Sequence record: NC_054902.1
Direction: 5' to 3' (one strand)
DNA from: Enterobacteria phage Aplg8
DNA: 64,000 nucleotides
The position numbers and the translations under genes were made by a program. Shown here piece by piece: positions 58,913 through 64,000 of the stretch. The notes below the pieces were generated by a model that saw only the letters and a program-made list of their open reading frames with translations, searched no databases and was not told the origin of the DNA. Each line of letters starts with the position of its first letter. Position 1 is the stretch's first letter.

Positions 58913-59306
58913 TTTTACTAAATACGCAGAATATGATGGAAAAGACTATATAAGCACCACACACAGATTGAACTAATACCATTCCAAAGAACCAAACAAT
59001 ATTATCAAACAATGTCTGTTTTACGTCGAAAGGACGTAAACTTACAGTAATATTATCACCTTTTTCTATTGAAGAATACATCTCCGGTGAAATATATTCG
59101 CTAAATCTATAACCGTCATTTAGTTCATATACGGCAATAAACGATAAACTAGACCCCTTTCCTTGAGTTCCTGTAAAGGTATTAACTACAGTAACATCAT
59201 AATCTTTATAATGCATATAATCATTAATTGCGTAATAACCATATGCAATTACTATACATAAACAACATATCAATAAATTCAATCTTTTAATTATCAACTG
59301 TTTCAT
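58899..59306 (-). CDS. membrane protein (2 TM)
   Basis: 135 aa; hydrophobic N- and C-terminal segments. Confidence 0.5.
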   Translation of the reverse strand: MKQLIIKRLNLLICCLCIVIAYGYYAINDYMHYKDYDVTVVNTFTGTQGKGSSLSFIAVYELNDGYRFSEYISPEMYSSIEKGDNITVSLRPFDVKQTLFDNIVWFFGMVLVQSVCGAYIVFSIIFCVFSKIEIE

Positions 59307-59335
59307 AATAATCTCAATTAAAAGGGCTTAGAACC

Positions 59336-59359
59336 ATTATACCATCCTTGGTATAAAGC
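59336..59359 (-). promoter_or_regulatory. MotA-dependent middle promoter
   Basis: minus-strand CGCTTTA - 12 bp - TATAAT. Confidence 0.5.
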
Positions 59360-59361
59360 GG

Positions 59362-59889
59362 TTATGCGAGTACCGTCTTTAACCGTTCTTCAAACTTCCG
59401 AAGAGTATTCTGGCGTTCAGCTCTTTGCTTTTTGTAAGTTTCAATACGCTCTGAAATGAGAGTGTATCGTTCATTTACTGATTCTTTCATAAAATCAGGA
59501 ATTTCACGAGAAGCTTTAATCTCGTCAAATTTATCAATAACAGCTTGCTCTTCAGCAATTAAGTTATCATACATCAAAATATCTTTCTTGATGAACTCAA
59601 TATCTTCTTGAGTTACACGAGATAATTTAGATGCTTTATCCTTTTTGTACTGTTCATTAGTATCACGAGACCAGTGTAATGTACGATTTTTATTCGTATT
59701 CTTGTAAATTTCTACAATACCGATCTCGTCAATAATAACGATCCAATTCCAACGGGATTTGTAAATTTGTCCTCCATCAACAGTGATTTCACCTCCAATT
59801 GAGATGTCATTAAAGAACTTGCTTTGTGCTTCTGATTTAAATTTACCATCGTTGTAATTTACCAGGTTGAAAATATCTTTAGCGTTCAT
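59362..59889 (-). CDS. hypothetical protein
   Basis: 175 aa from MNAKDIFNLV; track N-terminus is promoter/leader read-through. Confidence 0.5.
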   Translation of the reverse strand: MNAKDIFNLVNYNDGKFKSEAQSKFFNDISIGGEITVDGGQIYKSRWNWIVIIDEIGIVEIYKNTNKNRTLHWSRDTNEQYKKDKASKLSRVTQEDIEFIKKDILMYDNLIAEEQAVIDKFDEIKASREIPDFMKESVNERYTLISERIETYKKQRAERQNTLRKFEERLKTVLA

Positions 59890-59917
59890 TTTGTGTTCCT
59901 CCGTAGTTGATAGTTGT

Positions 59918-59947
59918 ATAGTACCACAGAGGAACGGTCTTGTAAAC
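59918..59947 (-). promoter_or_regulatory. early promoter
   Basis: GTTTAC (59947..59942) - 18 bp - TACTAT (59923..59918). Confidence 0.55.
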
Positions 59948-59949
59948 AA

Positions 59950-60264
59950 CTAAAAGAAACTTCTTTCACAATTTTTTCCACTGAACCACGCACTCACTGC
60001 TTTCTTAGTCTCAGGAGCAGTGTTATCCATAAACCATTCAAAGGCAGCCTTTTTATGATTCTGGAGGGCTTCTCGGGCTTTAATCTGCTCACGGTCTATT
60101 AACATTAACATATGAGCCTTTCTTGTCACCATGGGCTTCTTATGATTTTTTGAATACTCCCAATCATTTGTCCATCGCATCGTTGTTGCGAACTGATGAA
60201 CCGCGTCTTTAATTTTAGTTTCATAAATTTCACGAGCCTTTGAGTATAACATCACTACCTCCAT
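59950..60264 (-). CDS. hypothetical protein
   Basis: 104-aa ORF. Confidence 0.45.
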   Translation of the reverse strand: MEVVMLYSKAREIYETKIKDAVHQFATTMRWTNDWEYSKNHKKPMVTRKAHMLMLIDREQIKAREALQNHKKAAFEWFMDNTAPETKKAVSAWFSGKNCERSFF

Positions 60265-60353
60265 TTACCAGTTTAATTCTAGTCATCTTTTTAATGGCAG
60301 TCCATATAATCTATTTCTGAACTGCCTTTTTGTCATAGAAGTCCTCTTATGAA

Positions 60354-61322
60354 TTATTTCAGAAGAGTAACCTCAGCGATTTCTTCCCAACCGTTTTTGT
60401 CGGTCATAATAAAGTCAGCAAGATAAAGAGCAGTACGCAGTGAAACATTGCGTAAACGATTAACATTGACTTTCATCCATGATAATGCTTTATAAGTTTC
60501 TTCATCAGAAAGACCGCGTTTTTGCATCATGTCAGTTGAAAGAATAACATCTTCAACCCTGACCATAATTTCTTCATTAGTGTGAACACCCAAATCCAAA
60601 TAAACTGAGCGGGACACTAATGCTTGTAAATGTGGAGCAAGTTTAGTACCACGGTCTAATTCGCGGTCAATATCAACGTTTGTGATAAAAACAATCGTTC
60701 CTTTAAATTCAAACTCACGCTCAATGCCTTTTTCTTCTAAGTAAGAAGATGCAGTGCTCCAGCAGACTTTACGGGTCTCTCCAGTGTCCAGAGCAGCTTT
60801 CAAAAGATTAAGAATGTCCATATCAGAGAAAACATCCACATCATCAATCAAAAGGACAGAATTCTCTTCACGATTATTCCAGAGCTGTTCATAAAGACCG
60901 ATACCAGAGATTTTACCGTTAATGCTTTTATATTCAATGTATCCAATATCATTTGCTTTATTTAAAGCTTTATCTAAAGAATACGTTTTACCAATGCCTG
61001 CCGCACCAGAGATAATTAATGAACGAATGTTTCCGTTAATAATACCATTCGTCATCATTCCCATAACATTAAATCTTTTATTAATGCGGGTTTTCATATC
61101 TTCATATGATTCTTTAACTTCTTCAACTTTTACACCATCATATGAAATGTCTGATTTGTAAACCCAAACACCGCGACGCTTACCGTCAATTTCAACAAAA
61201 ACTTTACCATCTCCTTGTGCATCCACCGGAGCATTATCTGGGAACCATTCGCCTAAGAGCTCAAAAGTTCCAGAGATTTCTTTGCCAAAGTAGATACCCT
61301 TATTGATAGTTACAGTTTTCAT
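60354..61322 (-). CDS. AAA+/P-loop ATPase of unknown function
   Basis: 322 aa; Walker A ISGAAGIGKT, Walker B-like LLIDDVD. Confidence 0.7.
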   Translation of the reverse strand: MKTVTINKGIYFGKEISGTFELLGEWFPDNAPVDAQGDGKVFVEIDGKRRGVWVYKSDISYDGVKVEEVKESYEDMKTRINKRFNVMGMMTNGIINGNIRSLIISGAAGIGKTYSLDKALNKANDIGYIEYKSINGKISGIGLYEQLWNNREENSVLLIDDVDVFSDMDILNLLKAALDTGETRKVCWSTASSYLEEKGIEREFEFKGTIVFITNVDIDRELDRGTKLAPHLQALVSRSVYLDLGVHTNEEIMVRVEDVILSTDMMQKRGLSDEETYKALSWMKVNVNRLRNVSLRTALYLADFIMTDKNGWEEIAEVTLLK

Positions 61323-61379
61323 TTTATTCTCCTTTGATTTGATAGGACTACTATAACATAGTCCTATCAGTTTGTATAC

Positions 61380-61580
61380 TTATTTTGACATTTCTTCGAT
61401 GTCACGACGATACCCGTCACGAACTTCACGAAGAGCTTCAAGGCCACACATAGGCTCGATACCAGTAATGTGAACTTGATTAATCTGATACTCTACATCT
61501 TCTAACTGAGCGAAAACATAACGACGTTCAGCTGCACAACCAGATTTAGCTTTACCGAAACGTTTATTCAAAGTAGTCAT
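61380..61580 (-). CDS. hypothetical protein
   Basis: 66-aa ORF with GGAGA SD, downstream of early promoter. Confidence 0.5.
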   Translation of the reverse strand: MTTLNKRFGKAKSGCAAERRYVFAQLEDVEYQINQVHITGIEPMCGLEALREVRDGYRRDIEEMSK

Positions 61581-61618
61581 TTTGTATCTCCAATTTACTC
61601 ATTTGTTTTGATAGGTCT

Positions 61619-61648
61619 ATAGTATCAACAACTACAGACCATGTAAAC
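61619..61648 (-). promoter_or_regulatory. early promoter
   Basis: GTTTAC (61648..61643) - 18 bp - TACTAT (61624..61619). Confidence 0.55.
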
Positions 61649-61667
61649 CGTTTTATGAAAAATTTTT

Positions 61668-61697
61668 GAAATAAAAAAAGGGAGCCCGAAGGCTCCC
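61668..61697 (-). terminator. intrinsic terminator after nucleotidyltransferase gene
   Basis: gggagcc-cgaa-ggctccc hairpin 61680..61697 followed on mRNA by UUUUUUUAUUU; 3 nt after stop. Confidence 0.7.
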
Positions 61698-61699
61698 TA

Positions 61700-62713
61700 T
61701 CATTTATAATAACTTCGGTGGTTTTCAAGATAGACCTTCTCAAGGAAGTCATCCCAGAAACTCATGTCTACTGTTTTAGGCATACCGTTCTTAGAAGCTT
61801 CAGTAGATGCTGCTTCTACTTGATCGACCACATCTTCTAAAAACTCTTGAACAGTTTTAAATGGATGCTTACCCAGCTTCACGTCGAGAATAAATGGAGC
61901 ATCTTGGAGTGGATAAACCAAGTCACCAGTTTTGTAAATTTCCAATAGTTGGAGTCCACCACGGCAAGCATGACTCAGAGCTTTCCAGTCAATACCTTCA
62001 TTGGCTTCGGCCTTACGAGCACGTTCACCATATTCAGCATCTAATTTGTTCAGTGACTGCTTAAGCTCAATAAGAGAAAGCGTTGTCTGATATTTACGAC
62101 CCAGCACTGTATAGAACGTTTGTGGACCTGTTTTCTCATGATTATGGAATACCCATTCACAGAACTCGTTTTCTGGAAGACGATGCTTAATATCTTCAAC
62201 TTTAATGCGACGCTGCTTAATAGAACCATCTTCTTGGTAATCAACCCATTGCTCAGGGATTTGATTAACTACTTTCAATACATCGCGTAATGCAGCCAAA
62301 CGAGAACCCTTGACACCATATTTAGAAGCTTGCTTGCGAACATATCCTAAATAGGATTTCATGTTAGTCGTATAAAAACGAGAACGGTTGTCTTGAATAA
62401 ACTTCCACACGTCAGGCAAATCAGATTTAACCACTAGTTCAGGTGGAGTGTGAAGCATATCCAATGCTACAGTTTCACCATCTGCTGCTAATTTAAAGAA
62501 ATATTTAAGACTGTATAGTTCATGGTCAATATCATCTTTAGTGTTTTTAGATGATGTGTTGTTAGTGTTTTTACTCATATGCTCTTTAACATTTCCGATA
62601 AGAATATCGCGAGCAGGAGGAACAAAGATTTCTTTAAAATCTACATCAGATTCTGGGGTAGAAGTTCCATAAAGATGACTACCAAAATAGCTTTTCATTA
62701 CTGTTTTCATCAT
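61700..62713 (-). CDS. minimal (MNT/pol-beta-type) nucleotidyltransferase domain protein
   Basis: 337 aa; N-terminal motif FGSHLYGTSTPESDVDF fits the GS-x9-13-DxD NTase signature. Confidence 0.6.
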   Translation of the reverse strand: MMKTVMKSYFGSHLYGTSTPESDVDFKEIFVPPARDILIGNVKEHMSKNTNNTSSKNTKDDIDHELYSLKYFFKLAADGETVALDMLHTPPELVVKSDLPDVWKFIQDNRSRFYTTNMKSYLGYVRKQASKYGVKGSRLAALRDVLKVVNQIPEQWVDYQEDGSIKQRRIKVEDIKHRLPENEFCEWVFHNHEKTGPQTFYTVLGRKYQTTLSLIELKQSLNKLDAEYGERARKAEANEGIDWKALSHACRGGLQLLEIYKTGDLVYPLQDAPFILDVKLGKHPFKTVQEFLEDVVDQVEAASTEASKNGMPKTVDMSFWDDFLEKVYLENHRSYYK

Positions 62714-63171
62714 TCAGCCTTATATTCAATAACAGGACATACTTTAGCTTTACGAGCTTTTAAAAATTCAACGATAACCGATTTCTTGGGTTGAATAGGA
62801 GGTAAACCTTTATACGCCCTATCAATATTTTCTACGTGTAAAGCATAATCCTTTTTCCATTTATAATCTTTATATTTTTCACGCAAATGTGCAGGAATAA
62901 CAAATGAACCGATAATAAGTAAAACAACCAAAAGCGCAAGTATAAATGCTGATGGAAGCAAAGTCCATAAACTACCAAAAATAAGCCAACGTTGTAGGCT
63001 TTCTGCACAAATAATTGTTAGCCCTACGAGTATAGCACATCCAAAAATAGAAACGAAAAATGTAGGAATGACAATAGACCAAAAATATGCGCATAGTGTC
63101 TTAGGTCGTTGCCATTCATCGTTAAACAATTTGAATAATTTATAGTGCCAAGAGTTTTCATTAATAATCAT
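62710..63171 (-). CDS. integral membrane protein
   Basis: 153 aa with 3-4 predicted TM helices. Confidence 0.5.
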   Translation of the reverse strand: MIINENSWHYKLFKLFNDEWQRPKTLCAYFWSIVIPTFFVSIFGCAILVGLTIICAESLQRWLIFGSLWTLLPSAFILALLVVLLIIGSFVIPAHLREKYKDYKWKKDYALHVENIDRAYKGLPPIQPKKSVIVEFLKARKAKVCPVIEYKAE

Positions 63172-63173
63172 AA

Positions 63174-63695
63174 TTATCCTCTCATTGAAGGCGTAACAGT
63201 TGTTAAATACTTAATCATAGCTTCAGCTTCTGATTTTGATAATGAAATTTCTCCATTGTTTTGACGAATAGAAATAAAATCCGGATGACGGTCACCACCA
63301 GCTTTTAAAACACACATATAAGTATCAACTTCATCTTCAATATTTGAAATGATTGAAGCAGTTCCACATGAATGCGGTTTTTGATAAATCAATGCAGCTT
63401 TTCTTCCGCCATTTGACTGTTCATAAACTTTTAATACATCAAACAAATCACTTCTTTTATCAATAGCTAAAATGTTATTTTCATCTTCAATGTTAAATCC
63501 TTCGGATACTTCATAAAGTGTCACCCATAAATCGCCAATATCAATAACAGCGTTCACTTTTCCATGACTTTCAAGAGCATGACAAATTTTCTTGATTTCG
63601 TCATAACTCATTTTAATAATATCATCTCCTTGAATAAGAAAGATGTCATTTTTAAATTCAACACGAATTAAACCACTTCCACTTGAAATAAACAT
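63174..63695 (-). CDS. hypothetical protein
   Basis: 173-aa ORF. Confidence 0.5.
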   Translation of the reverse strand: MFISSGSGLIRVEFKNDIFLIQGDDIIKMSYDEIKKICHALESHGKVNAVIDIGDLWVTLYEVSEGFNIEDENNILAIDKRSDLFDVLKVYEQSNGGRKAALIYQKPHSCGTASIISNIEDEVDTYMCVLKAGGDRHPDFISIRQNNGEISLSKSEAEAMIKYLTTVTPSMRG

Positions 63696-63701
63696 ATTTC
63701 C

Positions 63702-63971
63702 TCACTTTGAAATCATAGTTGGAATGACAGAATCAAGATAAGTCTTTAGCGCAATAGCTTCGTCTTTGGTAAATGTGACAATATGTGCTCGAGAATCATC
63801 ATTTTGGCGAACAAGTACGACATCGCCATCTTCATAAGAAGTCTTGACATCCAAAGTCGTAGTATAGTTTGCAGCTACTGGATTAATAATGTTAGCACCG
63901 CGATCTTTAGCCCATTGAAGTTTAGCCTTTTCGGGTGTTTCGACTGTTTCAGATTCTAAGAATTCTTTCAC
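63702..63971 (-). CDS. hypothetical protein
   Basis: 89-aa ORF; C-terminus resembles that of the preceding ORF. Confidence 0.45.
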   Translation of the reverse strand: MKEFLESETVETPEKAKLQWAKDRGANIINPVAANYTTTLDVKTSYEDGDVVLVRQNDDSRAHIVTFTKDEAIALKTYLDSVIPTMISK

Positions 63972-64000
63972 CTTGGCAACGAATGTTGCCCAATTGTTGA

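Noticed and set aside
61564-61752. 62-aa minus-strand ORF spanning the NTase gene end
   Set aside because: It reads through the intrinsic terminator hairpin and the early promoter in a different frame from the flanking genes; it is an artefact of the intergenic region.
1-64000. tRNA, rRNA or other structured RNA genes
   Set aside because: No cloverleaf-compatible segments or conserved tRNA boxes were seen in the intergenic regions; in T4 the tRNA cluster lies elsewhere in the genome.
1-64000. Prophage integration machinery (integrase, attachment sites, transposase)
   Set aside because: No tyrosine or serine recombinase or transposase motifs were found; gene content and order are those of a virulent T-even phage, and the only mobile-element signatures are the HNH homing endonuclease genes.

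Overview
The window reads as a contiguous early/middle-gene segment of a T-even (T4-like, Tequatrovirus) coliphage, running from the arn-motA region through gene 52, rIIB/rIIA, topoisomerase gene 39, dexA, dda, modA/modB, soc, 56, 61, 41, uvsX, 42, DNA polymerase 43, regA, clamp loader 62/44, clamp 45, 46/47, alpha-glucosyltransferase, sigma factor 55, nrdH/G/D, endonuclease VII (49) and nrdC into a block of uncharacterised ORFs. Calls rest on protein sequences I recognise from memory (for example MotA, Stp, Soc, endonuclease VII, gp43, gp44, gp62) plus conserved gene order; no database search was possible. Nearly all genes are on the minus strand, packed with ATGA/TAATG start-stop overlaps, and separated by T4-type early promoters (GTTTAC-18 bp-TAtagT), MotA-box middle promoters and UUCG-tetraloop hairpins. 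The phage is not T4 itself: topoisomerase gene 39 is one uninterrupted 606-codon ORF (no gene 60 split, no mobA), nrdD has no intron, the soc-56 interval holds two small ORFs rather than segF, and a GT-A-type glycosyltransferase sits where T4 has beta-gt, which points to a T2/T6-type relative. The most interesting features are two HNH homing-endonuclease genes bracketing recombination gene 46 (one convergent on the plus strand behind a perfect late promoter, the other beside a 19-bp direct repeat), a small plus-strand membrane-protein ORF in the 56-61 gap, an MNT-type nucleotidyltransferase near an AAA+ ATPase at the right end, and several tandem paralogue families. None of these is confirmed as undescribed; each needs comparison against T4, T2, T6 and RB genomes.
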